NCBI GenBank assembly: GCA_002421685.1
Contig: DISB01000016.1
Span: forward strand, 378,549-442,548
Origin: Bacteroidetes bacterium UBA6221
Lineage (GTDB): Bacteria; Bacteroidota; Bacteroidia; Chitinophagales; Chitinophagaceae
DNA: 64,000 nt
Direction of reading: 5' to 3'
Shown: in pieces, positions 55,974-64,000 of the stretch
Layout: each line of letters starts with the position of its first letter
Numbering within the stretch: position 1 is the first letter of the stretch
Made by a program: the position numbers and the translations under genes
The notes under the pieces: generated by a model
What the model saw: the letters and a program-made list of their open reading frames with translations, nothing else
Database searches by the model: none
What the model was told of the DNA's origin: nothing

Positions 55974-56582
55974 TTGAATTTATCGATCGATCATTGGATA
56001 CATTTCAAGAATGAAAAGGCACTAAAGGACGGAATACCTTTTTTGCCGGAGAACTATACAACGGTACAGGAACCACAGGACCTGTACCGTTTGCTGTCGT
56101 ATAGCTACATGAAGTTCTTCAAGATGGACCTGTTGTGCAAGTGGGCATGGCTGGGAGCAGAAACACTGCTGGCAGGCAAGGATGAGAACTTACATGATAG
56201 TATTGATAAGGATAAAATAGCCGTGGTGCTGATGACGTCTCACGGGTGTATGGATGTGGACAAGAAATACCTGTCCACTATGAGCGAAATACCCAGCCCG
56301 GCGCTGTTCGTATATACCTTGCCGAATATTATGCTGGGCGAAATCAGTATCAGGCATGGCTTTAAGGGCGAACAATTATGCCTGGTAAGCGAAAACTTTG
56401 ATGCCAGGGAACTGTTCTTTTGGGTGCACGACCTGCTGAACAACCGAGGCATGGAAGCCTGCCTGTGCGGCTGGGCCGATGCATACAACAACAGCAGGGA
56501 CGTTTGTTTTTTCTGGGTGACCCGGCAGGAAAACGGAATAGTTTTTTCTAAAGATAAACTGGACGAACTGTATAAACTGTAG
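55974..56582 (+). CDS. Short ketosynthase-N-terminal-like protein (202 aa, TTG start in the ORF track), as seen in aryl-polyene/flexirubin loci
   Basis: PALFVYTLPNIMLGEISIRHGFKGE resembles the KS N-terminal segment. No catalytic Cys context is visible. Confidence 0.55.
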   Translation: MNLSIDHWIHFKNEKALKDGIPFLPENYTTVQEPQDLYRLLSYSYMKFFKMDLLCKWAWLGAETLLAGKDENLHDSIDKDKIAVVLMTSHGCMDVDKKYLSTMSEIPSPALFVYTLPNIMLGEISIRHGFKGEQLCLVSENFDARELFFWVHDLLNNRGMEACLCGWADAYNNSRDVCFFWVTRQENGIVFSKDKLDELYKL

Positions 56583-56585
56583 CGA

Positions 56586-57779
56586 ATGAGCAAGGCCCAC
56601 GTGGTACATACCGGGATAATCACAGCCATCGGCAACGATACTGCGGCTTGCCTGCAATCGTTACTGGAAGGTAAGTCAGGCATCGGCAAGGCCGAAATAC
56701 TGAAAACCCATTGGCAGGATGAATTGCCCGTAGCAGAAGTAAAACTTAGCAATGAAGAACTGGCAGGCAAGACAGGCGTAAGCCCTGACTGGCCCAGGAC
56801 TGCCCTGCTGAGCGCCATAGCAGTGCAGGAAGCATGGGAACCCTATAAGGAAAAAGCTAAAGGGTTGAGGACAAGTTTCTTTTCTGCCAATACGGTAGGC
56901 GGTATGGACCTGACAGAAAATGTTTACAAAGATTTTATTACCGATGTGCAATCGGTAGCACTAAAGCAGATAATCAACCATGAGTGCGGGGCTATCACTG
57001 AGATAGTGGCAGCGCATTTTGGTATCGGCGATTTTGTCACCACTATCAGCACCGCTTGTTCATCATCGGCCAACAGCATTATGATGGCGGCACAGATGAT
57101 AGAGGCCGGTATGCTGGATATTGCCATAGCCGGCGGAGCGGATAGCCTGTCGAAATTTACGCTGAATGGTTTCCACACCCTGATGATACTGGACAAGCAA
57201 CCCTGCCAGCCTTTCGATAATAACCGCCGTGGACTGAACCTGGGCGAAGGTGCGGGATATGTATTGCTGATGAGTGAAAAGGCTATGCAGCAATGCGGCG
57301 CACAAGCTATATGTACTGTTAGCGGATATGCCAATGCTAACGACGCCTACCACCAGACAGCCTCCTCACCGGACGGTATAGGCAATAAACTGGCCATGGG
57401 CAATGCGTTGAAAAAAGCGGGACTAAAACCTGCAGACATCAGCTACATCAACCTGCACGGCACTGGCACGGCCAACAACGACAGCTCTGAAGGCAAAGCT
57501 GTGGAAGCGATATTTGAAGGGAGGGTACCGATGGCATCATCAACCAAGGCATTTACCGGGCATACATTGGGAGCAGCAGGCGGGGTGGAGGCAGTGTTCA
57601 GCGCATTAAGCATTAAAGAAGGGGTTGTATTTCCGAATATGCGGTGGCAAACACAAATGGAAGATATTAACTGGCAGGTGGAAACAAAACTAAAGACAGG
57701 TCAGGATATAAGCCATGTATTGTCCAATTCATTTGGTTTCGGCGGCAATTGTTCATCACTGATATTTTCCTCATGCTAA
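56586..57779 (+). CDS. Beta-ketoacyl-ACP synthase (FabF/FabB-like KS), 397 aa
   Basis: Active-site TISTACSSSANS (Cys), DAYHQTA (His), NLHGTGT (His), and C-terminal SNSFGFGGNC. Confidence 0.88.
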   Translation: MSKAHVVHTGIITAIGNDTAACLQSLLEGKSGIGKAEILKTHWQDELPVAEVKLSNEELAGKTGVSPDWPRTALLSAIAVQEAWEPYKEKAKGLRTSFFSANTVGGMDLTENVYKDFITDVQSVALKQIINHECGAITEIVAAHFGIGDFVTTISTACSSSANSIMMAAQMIEAGMLDIAIAGGADSLSKFTLNGFHTLMILDKQPCQPFDNNRRGLNLGEGAGYVLLMSEKAMQQCGAQAICTVSGYANANDAYHQTASSPDGIGNKLAMGNALKKAGLKPADISYINLHGTGTANNDSSEGKAVEAIFEGRVPMASSTKAFTGHTLGAAGGVEAVFSALSIKEGVVFPNMRWQTQMEDINWQVETKLKTGQDISHVLSNSFGFGGNCSSLIFSSC

Positions 57780-58792
57780 ACATAGACCTATATATCAATA
57801 GCGCGGGTATCATCAGCGGTGCGGGTAATAATATGAACGGCAATTTTTTGCAGAATATACCGCAATATTCCGCTAACGCGCTACCGGCCGTAGAGCCCGA
57901 TTACAAGGAATACATTCCGGTGATGCAACTGCGACGTATGAGCCGTGCCGTGCGCATGGGTGTGGTAGCTGCAAAAACTGCGATGCAACAGGCAGGCATA
58001 GAAAAGCCCGATGCGATGTGTGTAGGCTCCGCCTACGGATGCCTGCAGGATACTGAAACTTTTTTGGGCAAAATGACGGAACAGGATGAACAGATGCTGA
58101 CACCTACGGCGTTCATTCAGTCTACACACAATACCGTCGCAGGGCAAATAGCATTGCTCGCAAACTGCAATGGCCACAACCTGACCTATGTGCACCGCGG
58201 CCATTCTTTTGAACACGCCATCATTGACGCAAAACTATATCTTCAGCAACATCCCGGGGAACACCTGTTGGTGGGGGCGATAGAAGAGCAGACCGCCAAC
58301 AGTATAAAAGCACTGCAATACGCGGGCGCTACCGCAAAAGAACACTACGCACCTGGAGATGTAATGGCAGGCAGCCTGCATGCACCCGTTTGCGGCGAAG
58401 GGGCGGCTTTCTTTTCTATTACGCAACAGCCCTTATCAGAAAAGTCTATACACATAGCGGGACTGGATATATTCAGGGCAGACGAACAAACAGCGTTTGA
58501 GAAAATAAGCACATTTGCGAACAATAACAGCCCGTTCGATGTTTTTGTGTCAGGCATGAATGGCGAAAAAAGAAACCACGCGTTTTACCGGCGTCTTGGT
58601 GAAGAGATTTTCAAATATACCCCCCGCACAACGTTCAAACAGTTTTGCGGCGAATATCCTGTAGCCGCTTCATTCGCAACAGGTATGCTGTTCCACAGAA
58701 TTTTTCCGGGAATAGATGCATCCCGTGTAAAAAATATAGTTTTGGTGAATAACCATTGTGAATATTACAGTTGCTGGAAGTTCACGCTGTAA
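57773..58792 (+). CDS. KS-like chain-length-factor-type protein lacking the active-site Cys context (339 aa from the ATG at 57773)
   Basis: KS-fold N-terminal similarity (RRMSRAVRMGVVAAKTAMQQAG). The position equivalent to the catalytic Cys reads GSAYGCLQDT. The ATG overlaps the upstream stop (ATGCTAA). Confidence 0.7.
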   Translation: MLNIDLYINSAGIISGAGNNMNGNFLQNIPQYSANALPAVEPDYKEYIPVMQLRRMSRAVRMGVVAAKTAMQQAGIEKPDAMCVGSAYGCLQDTETFLGKMTEQDEQMLTPTAFIQSTHNTVAGQIALLANCNGHNLTYVHRGHSFEHAIIDAKLYLQQHPGEHLLVGAIEEQTANSIKALQYAGATAKEHYAPGDVMAGSLHAPVCGEGAAFFSITQQPLSEKSIHIAGLDIFRADEQTAFEKISTFANNNSPFDVFVSGMNGEKRNHAFYRRLGEEIFKYTPRTTFKQFCGEYPVAASFATGMLFHRIFPGIDASRVKNIVLVNNHCEYYSCWKFTL

Positions 58793-58832
58793 CTGCCGGC
58801 AGCATATTTTTTATTTGTAATTAAGGTATGCT

Positions 58833-60611
58833 ATGCGGAAACATATTTACGAATCGGGGATCATAGGTAACTGTTCATTCATGGCGCATGTGCATAAAAA
58901 CACGAATATAACATGGATGTGTTGGCCACGATTCGACAGCAGTTTTATATTCGGTTCCCTGCTCGATGAAAAAAAAGGCGGTGAGTTTTCCATACTGCCC
59001 CGGCAGGATTTCACTTCTTACCAATACTATATAGACAATACAAATGTGCTGGTAACCGAAATTACCTGCCCCGATGGCAAATACAGGATAACCGACTTTG
59101 CTCCCAGGTTTTTATTATACGAGCGTTACTATAAACCCCTGATGCTCATCAGGAAGATAGAACCGTTGAGCGGCAATCCTCATGTCAAAGTATCATGCAG
59201 GCCTACGGGACATTACGGGGAACTTCAATTAAGACCCGCGCCCGGCAGCAACCATCTGGAATTTCTGGGGCTGGAGCGATCAGTCAGACTAACAACGAAC
59301 GTATCACTCAATTACATACAGGACGAGCAGTTTTTTGTGTTGAATGAGGTCAAGTATTGTATCCTTACTTATGAAAAACCGTTGGAAGCCCCGCTGGAGC
59401 ATACAGGTGAAGATTTCCTAACCAGGACTATCAACTATTGGCAGCACTGGATCAAAAATACGGGCATCAGCAACCTCTACCAGAAAGAGGTCATCCGCTC
59501 TGCATTGGCGCTTAAGATACACCAGTATGAAGACACCGGCGCCATAATAGCCGCCAGCACTACCAGCCTGCCGGAATTTGATGGCAGCGGCCGTACCTGG
59601 GATTATCGCTTCTGCTGGCTGCGTGACGCATACTATATATTGAACGCATTGAACAACCTCGGGCATTTTGAAGAGGCGGAACATTATTTCCAGTTTATAG
59701 CCAATATCACTGAACTGGAAACCGGGCGTTATTCTCCACTGTACACGGTAACGGGGAAAAATGAGTTTGTGGAGACCATTATTGACCTGGACGGATACAA
59801 AGGAAATAAACCGGTGCGCATCGGCAACCAGGCTGTAGAGCACATACAAAATGACATTTACGGGCAGGTACTGCTATCGCTGATACCATTGTATGTGGAC
59901 CGTCGCTGTATCTACCAGCGAAGGCTGGACCCATCCGCTTTCATCAACGACATACTGGACAAAATAGCCATGACCATAGATGAAAGCGATGCTGGTATAT
60001 GGGAATTCAGGAATATCGCACAGAAACATTGTTATACCAACCTGTTTCAATGGGCGGGCTGCCAGGCGGCCATCAAGGTGGCAGGACATGTAGGCGATGA
60101 AACGTTGCTGAAAAAAGCAAAAATGTTGCGCGATAAAGCGACACAAAATATTGAAGCCTGCTACGACCCGGAACGTAAAGTTTACACGCAGGCGGTGGGT
60201 ACCGAACATCTTGATGCCAGTACATTGCAACTGATAATGATGCGCTACCTGGACCCTGCATCGCAACGCGCGCGCGACCACCTGGCAGCCGTAGAAAAAG
60301 AGCTGAAGGCTGATAACGGGTTATTTTACCGTTATGTGCATAAAGACGATTTTGGTAAGCCTAAGACTACATTTCTCATTACAGCCTTCTGGTATGTAGA
60401 AGCATTGGCCTGCGTGGGCAGGATAGAGGAAGCCGTAAATAATTTTGACCACCTGGTGAAGTTCTCCAACCACCTTGGGCTGCTGAGCGAAGATGTGGCC
60501 GCGGAGGATGGCAGCCAATGGGGAAACTTCCCGCAAGCATACAGCCATGTGGGACTAATGAACGCCGCCTACCGCATAGCTAAGAAACTGGACCTTCCTG
60601 TTTTCGTGTAG
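58833..60611 (+). CDS. Glycoside hydrolase family 15 (glucoamylase/trehalase-like), 592 aa
   Basis: WDYRFCWLRDA and AAEDGSQWGNFPQAYSHVGLMNAA are GH15 catalytic-domain motifs. Confidence 0.85.
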   Translation: MRKHIYESGIIGNCSFMAHVHKNTNITWMCWPRFDSSFIFGSLLDEKKGGEFSILPRQDFTSYQYYIDNTNVLVTEITCPDGKYRITDFAPRFLLYERYYKPLMLIRKIEPLSGNPHVKVSCRPTGHYGELQLRPAPGSNHLEFLGLERSVRLTTNVSLNYIQDEQFFVLNEVKYCILTYEKPLEAPLEHTGEDFLTRTINYWQHWIKNTGISNLYQKEVIRSALALKIHQYEDTGAIIAASTTSLPEFDGSGRTWDYRFCWLRDAYYILNALNNLGHFEEAEHYFQFIANITELETGRYSPLYTVTGKNEFVETIIDLDGYKGNKPVRIGNQAVEHIQNDIYGQVLLSLIPLYVDRRCIYQRRLDPSAFINDILDKIAMTIDESDAGIWEFRNIAQKHCYTNLFQWAGCQAAIKVAGHVGDETLLKKAKMLRDKATQNIEACYDPERKVYTQAVGTEHLDASTLQLIMMRYLDPASQRARDHLAAVEKELKADNGLFYRYVHKDDFGKPKTTFLITAFWYVEALACVGRIEEAVNNFDHLVKFSNHLGLLSEDVAAEDGSQWGNFPQAYSHVGLMNAAYRIAKKLDLPVFV

Positions 60612-62847
60612 AACGTGGCAGGGACTTTTTCAACTTATACCCGTCCTGCCTGCCCGCCGGACGGGTATTACATAATTCAGCCAATAGTTTGCGCACCGCC
60701 TCGTGATTGTTGAGATGATACCGGGCTGCCGACATTTTCTCCCCTACTTTTATGGTTATCGCACCTTCGGGCATTGCCTTAAACACATCTTCATCAGTGG
60801 TATCGTCGCCTATGGCCAGGATGAAGTCGTACTTATCCCCTTCCAGCCAGCGGGCCGAAGCGATGCCTTTGTTGATAACGGCGCTCTTTACCTCTATCAC
60901 CTTATCGCCTTGCAATATCTGCAGGTTATGCTCATAGGTAAAATGTTTCAGGTCGTTGATAAGCTGCTGCGCGCGCAGGGCTCCCAGCCCAGGCTCTACT
61001 TTGCGGTAGTGCCATGCCAGTGAATAACTCTTTTCTTCTATAAATGTCCCGGGTGTCCTATCGGTATGGAGGGCCATAATGCCCTGTATGTCTTTATACC
61101 AACTGTTATTGAGGCCCATCACATGGTTCCAGCGCCGGTTGCCGTTCTTATGCCAGACCCCATGTTCCGCCACCATATCCACGTCCAGTCCACCCAGCCA
61201 TTCTTCCAGCGTTTTGTGGTCGCGTCCGCTTATGATCAGTATCTTATTGGCAGTGTCTTCAGCCAGTTTTTTTAGCAGGCCAATGATCTCTGCATCAGGC
61301 ACCGCCTGGCTGGCGTGCGGTTTAAAAGGTACTAACGTCCCGTCATAATCCAGCAGCAGCAGTCGTTTCGAACTGTACCGGTAACGGATATTTACCTTTT
61401 CCCTTAGTGATTCTGTAAGTGCTTTGGTCTGTTGATTGTTTTGTTTTTCTTTCACTTCTTCCAGTTTGCTTCTAAAGTTCCTTACCCAGGTATGTATGTC
61501 AAATTTGGCTACGGTCTGCTGCATTTGTATCATGCGGTATGTCCTTTCCTGCTCCGGCATGGTGAGCGCTTCGTGTATTTTATCCGCGAATGTCCATATG
61601 TCGTTAGGATTGATGATAATAGCTTCGGATAGCTCAATAGAGGCGCCAGCCGTTTCGCTAAGTATCAGCACACCTTTTTTGTTAACCTGGCTGGCGACAT
61701 ATTCTTTGCTCACCAGGTTCATACCATCGCGCATGGGCGTCACCAATGCCACATCGGCCGCCTTGTATAATGCCGAGAGCAAATAAGGCGGAAAGGACCG
61801 GTAAAAATATTGTATGGGCTGCCAGTCAAGGGTAGAATAGGCGCCGTTTATCTCGCTGATGAGTTTATTCATTTCCTCCTTCAGTTCCTTATACTTGGTT
61901 ACCGAATCGCGGGAGGGAACTACAAGGTGTATATAGGTTACTTTCTCGTGAAACTCAGGATATTTCTCCAGGAAAAGCCCGTACGCCTTCAGCCGTTGTG
62001 TAATGCCTTTACTATAGTCCAGCCTGTCTATCGACACCATGAGCTTGATATTGTGGCCCACCATTTCGCGTATCTTCTTTTCGTTGCGTTGTGCCTGTTC
62101 GCTGGCGGCCATGCTTGAATACTTCTCGTAGTCGATACTGATGGGAAAAGCATCCGCCACCACCACTCTGCCGTCAACGTTTATTTCGTGAGAAGTAGTT
62201 TCGAGTTTTGTTATCCTATTGACAGCGCTTAAAAAGTGCCGTACATCGTCATAAGTGTGAAAACCTATCAGGTCGGAGCCCAGCAGGCCCTGCAGTATTT
62301 CCTCCCGCCATGGCAACAAGCGGAATAACTCCTGCGATGGGAACGGGATGTGCTGAAAAAATCCTATTTCAGCCTCGGGCAATGCCTTGCGTACCATTTG
62401 CGGCACCAGCATCAACTGGTAGTCGTGTATCCATATCGTGTCCTGCGCATTGGCTATATTGATGATGGCTTCTGCATATTTCCTGTTTACCTCCTGGTAG
62501 CTTATCCAGCAGTCATAATCGTAGTTGGCATAACTGGGGAAAGAGTGAAACAGGGGCCATAGCGTTTCGTTAGAGAATCCTTTATAGAAGCTATCTATTT
62601 CATCCTGCGATAGGAACAAAGGCATCAGGTTTTCCTCGGCCAGGAATTCTGTAACCTCTCTTTTGTGCTCATCCTTTATGACTGTGCCCGGCCATCCCAG
62701 CCATACATTAGCGCCTACCTGGTATATACTACCTAACCCCGTGGCCAATCCACCTTCACTTTTTTTATAGTCAAGCTGGTTATCCTTCTCGACTATCGTG
62801 ACCGGCAACCGGTTAGATACAATAATTGTCTTCTTATCTCCACTCAT
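60580..62847 (-). CDS. Bifunctional trehalose-6-phosphate synthase (GT20) / trehalose-6-phosphate phosphatase fusion (755 aa from the ATG at 62847)
   Basis: N-terminal IIVSNRLPV...GGLATGL...WIHDYQLMLVP is OtsA-like. C-terminal LLLLDYDGTLVPF...ILAIGDDTTDEDVF is an OtsB-like HAD domain. Confidence 0.88.
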   Translation of the reverse strand: MSGDKKTIIVSNRLPVTIVEKDNQLDYKKSEGGLATGLGSIYQVGANVWLGWPGTVIKDEHKREVTEFLAEENLMPLFLSQDEIDSFYKGFSNETLWPLFHSFPSYANYDYDCWISYQEVNRKYAEAIINIANAQDTIWIHDYQLMLVPQMVRKALPEAEIGFFQHIPFPSQELFRLLPWREEILQGLLGSDLIGFHTYDDVRHFLSAVNRITKLETTSHEINVDGRVVVADAFPISIDYEKYSSMAASEQAQRNEKKIREMVGHNIKLMVSIDRLDYSKGITQRLKAYGLFLEKYPEFHEKVTYIHLVVPSRDSVTKYKELKEEMNKLISEINGAYSTLDWQPIQYFYRSFPPYLLSALYKAADVALVTPMRDGMNLVSKEYVASQVNKKGVLILSETAGASIELSEAIIINPNDIWTFADKIHEALTMPEQERTYRMIQMQQTVAKFDIHTWVRNFRSKLEEVKEKQNNQQTKALTESLREKVNIRYRYSSKRLLLLDYDGTLVPFKPHASQAVPDAEIIGLLKKLAEDTANKILIISGRDHKTLEEWLGGLDVDMVAEHGVWHKNGNRRWNHVMGLNNSWYKDIQGIMALHTDRTPGTFIEEKSYSLAWHYRKVEPGLGALRAQQLINDLKHFTYEHNLQILQGDKVIEVKSAVINKGIASARWLEGDKYDFILAIGDDTTDEDVFKAMPEGAITIKVGEKMSAARYHLNNHEAVRKLLAELCNTRPAGRQDGYKLKKSLPRSTRKQEGPVS

Positions 62848-63001
62848 GGCTAAAATATTACTGTGCAATATGGGCGACGCAAGTACGGCGGGTTACCACA
62901 CTTGTAATATTAGTAACAGTTCATAAGGGCAATAGTTGACAGCAATTAACACTCAAGCGTAAAAAATTAACGCAAAAACAAAAGTAATATATTTTTATGT
63001 A

Positions 63002-63718
63002 TCAGCCATAGAGCTCCATGTGGATGGATTTCTTATCGTAACCGAGGCACTGAATGCGCATCTTGGCCTCGTCCACCATCACCTTCCACCCGCAAAGCAT
63101 AAACTGTGCTGGCTGGTGGCCTTCGCAAAGCCGTTCGTATACGGCATGTACATAACCGGTATCATTATCCCAGGTTTCGCGCGATAGTACCGGGAAATAT
63201 GAAAATTCGGGTATCTGCTGCTCCAGTTCACGCATTTCGTCGTAATACAGCAGGTCTTCTTTGCGGCGGGTGCCGAATACCAGGTTCAGCCTGCGGTGGG
63301 GAATATTGTGCTCGTTGATATAATGCAGCATGCTGCGAAAAGGGGCGATACCCGTTCCGGTGCAGATGAAAAACATATCTTCATCTACCTGGTCGGGCAA
63401 TACAAAGACACCCTGTGGACCGCGCAGCACCAACTCTGCGCCCACCTCCACGTTGTTAAACAGGTATTCCGTTCCCAGCCCGCCGTCCAGGTGCACTATT
63501 ACCAGTTCTATTACATTGCTGCCGTCGGGCATAGAGGCTATGCTGTAGCTGCGCCAGCGTTTGTTGCGCTTCTCGTGTATGGGCAGGTCCAGGGTAACGA
63601 ACTGCCCCGGTTTGAAATCGAACCGTTCCGTTTCCGGCAATTGCAGCCAATAGCGGCGTGTATTGGGCGTTGCCTGCTCAATGCGTATCACTATCGCCTT
63701 TTGCCATTCGGGTAACAT
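63002..63718 (-). CDS. Ferredoxin-NADP reductase-family FAD/NAD(P)-binding oxidoreductase, 238 aa
   Basis: RSYSIAS is the RxYS FAD motif. FICTGTGIAPF is the NAD(P) motif. CGWKVMVDE lies at the C-terminus. Confidence 0.8.
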   Translation of the reverse strand: MLPEWQKAIVIRIEQATPNTRRYWLQLPETERFDFKPGQFVTLDLPIHEKRNKRWRSYSIASMPDGSNVIELVIVHLDGGLGTEYLFNNVEVGAELVLRGPQGVFVLPDQVDEDMFFICTGTGIAPFRSMLHYINEHNIPHRRLNLVFGTRRKEDLLYYDEMRELEQQIPEFSYFPVLSRETWDNDTGYVHAVYERLCEGHQPAQFMLCGWKVMVDEAKMRIQCLGYDKKSIHMELYG

Positions 63719-63758
63719 AAATTAAAGTTAGTCAAAAATTAATTGGCGCTTGTCATAA

Positions 63759-64000
63759 TCATTTTTCCGGCACCATTTGTTCGTCTATCTTTGGCAATCC
63801 CGTGGTATCTATCATCTTCAGCCATTGGCGGTAGTGGTCGCGTATCCACATCTTCATTTCCAGGTCGGTAGCTGTGCGGGCGTAATCATAAGGCATGGGG
63901 TAAGCGTTCATAAAATGCGCCAGGCTGTCGCCCTCCAGGCCTGTCATTTCGTACACCAGGTCGGTAGTGTACCGGGTATCAATAAATTTCTGGTCTTCCC
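63759..64000 (-). CDS. 3' end of an unidentified CDS that continues beyond the window edge
   Basis: The frame stays open from nt 64000 (...EDQKFIDTRYTTDLVYEMTGLEGDSL...) to the stop at 63759. The GTG at 63956 used in the ORF track is probably internal. Confidence 0.55.
   Translation of the reverse strand, partial: EDQKFIDTRYTTDLVYEMTGLEGDSLAHFMNAYPMPYDYARTATDLEMKMWIRDHYRQWLKMIDTTGLPKIDEQMVPEK

Overview
The window looks like a Bacteroidota chromosome segment, probably Chitinophagaceae or Sphingobacteriia-like. Supporting clues are three proteins with T9SS C-terminal sorting domains, a type III glutamine synthetase, flexirubin/aryl-polyene-type ketosynthase genes and AT-rich intergenic DNA. 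It splits into two parts.

(1) nt 22-21769 is a single, tightly packed minus-strand operon of seven genes, and it is AT-richer than the rest of the window. In transcription order it encodes:
- a 937-aa signal-peptide protein with a coiled coil and a beta-rich C-terminal half
- a 380-aa secreted protein sharing a motif-level domain with the 937-aa protein
- a Skp/OmpH-like periplasmic chaperone
- a lipoprotein
- a 2093-aa protein with an SpvB/TcB-type N-terminal domain and degenerate YD repeats
- a 237-aa secreted protein
- a 3218-aa RHS/YD-repeat protein with an RHS core and a 216-aa variable C-terminal tip

I could not recognise any T6SS, T9SS-CTD, TcA or TpsB/CdiB component by eye. I consider this operon the best candidate for an undescribed RHS/Tc-like toxin export or delivery system with its own envelope machinery. 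It ends at a tRNA-Leu(CAA), where base composition changes.

(2) nt 22.3-64 kb is mostly housekeeping or accessory metabolism:
- hscB-like J protein, metallophosphoesterase, and a six-gene overlapping stress/acetyltransferase cluster
- GSIII, PPTase, dcd, an orphan korB, flippase and an AraC regulator
- tRNA-Gly, dgt, queA, nadC, lipid kinase, a pentapeptide protein and an LpxL-like acyltransferase
- beta-carbonic anhydrase and an FAH-family protein
- a truncated flexirubin/aryl-polyene-type module (methyltransferase, flavin halogenase, KS and CLF-like genes)
- a GH15 gene next to an OtsA-OtsB fusion, and an FNR-like reductase

An islet of three T9SS cargo genes sits around an ~0.9-kb intergenic region. 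That region carries a 153-bp tandem repeat with terminator-like hairpins.

I recognised no transposase, integrase, CRISPR array or rRNA. All functional calls come from reading motifs in the supplied translations; no database search was run.
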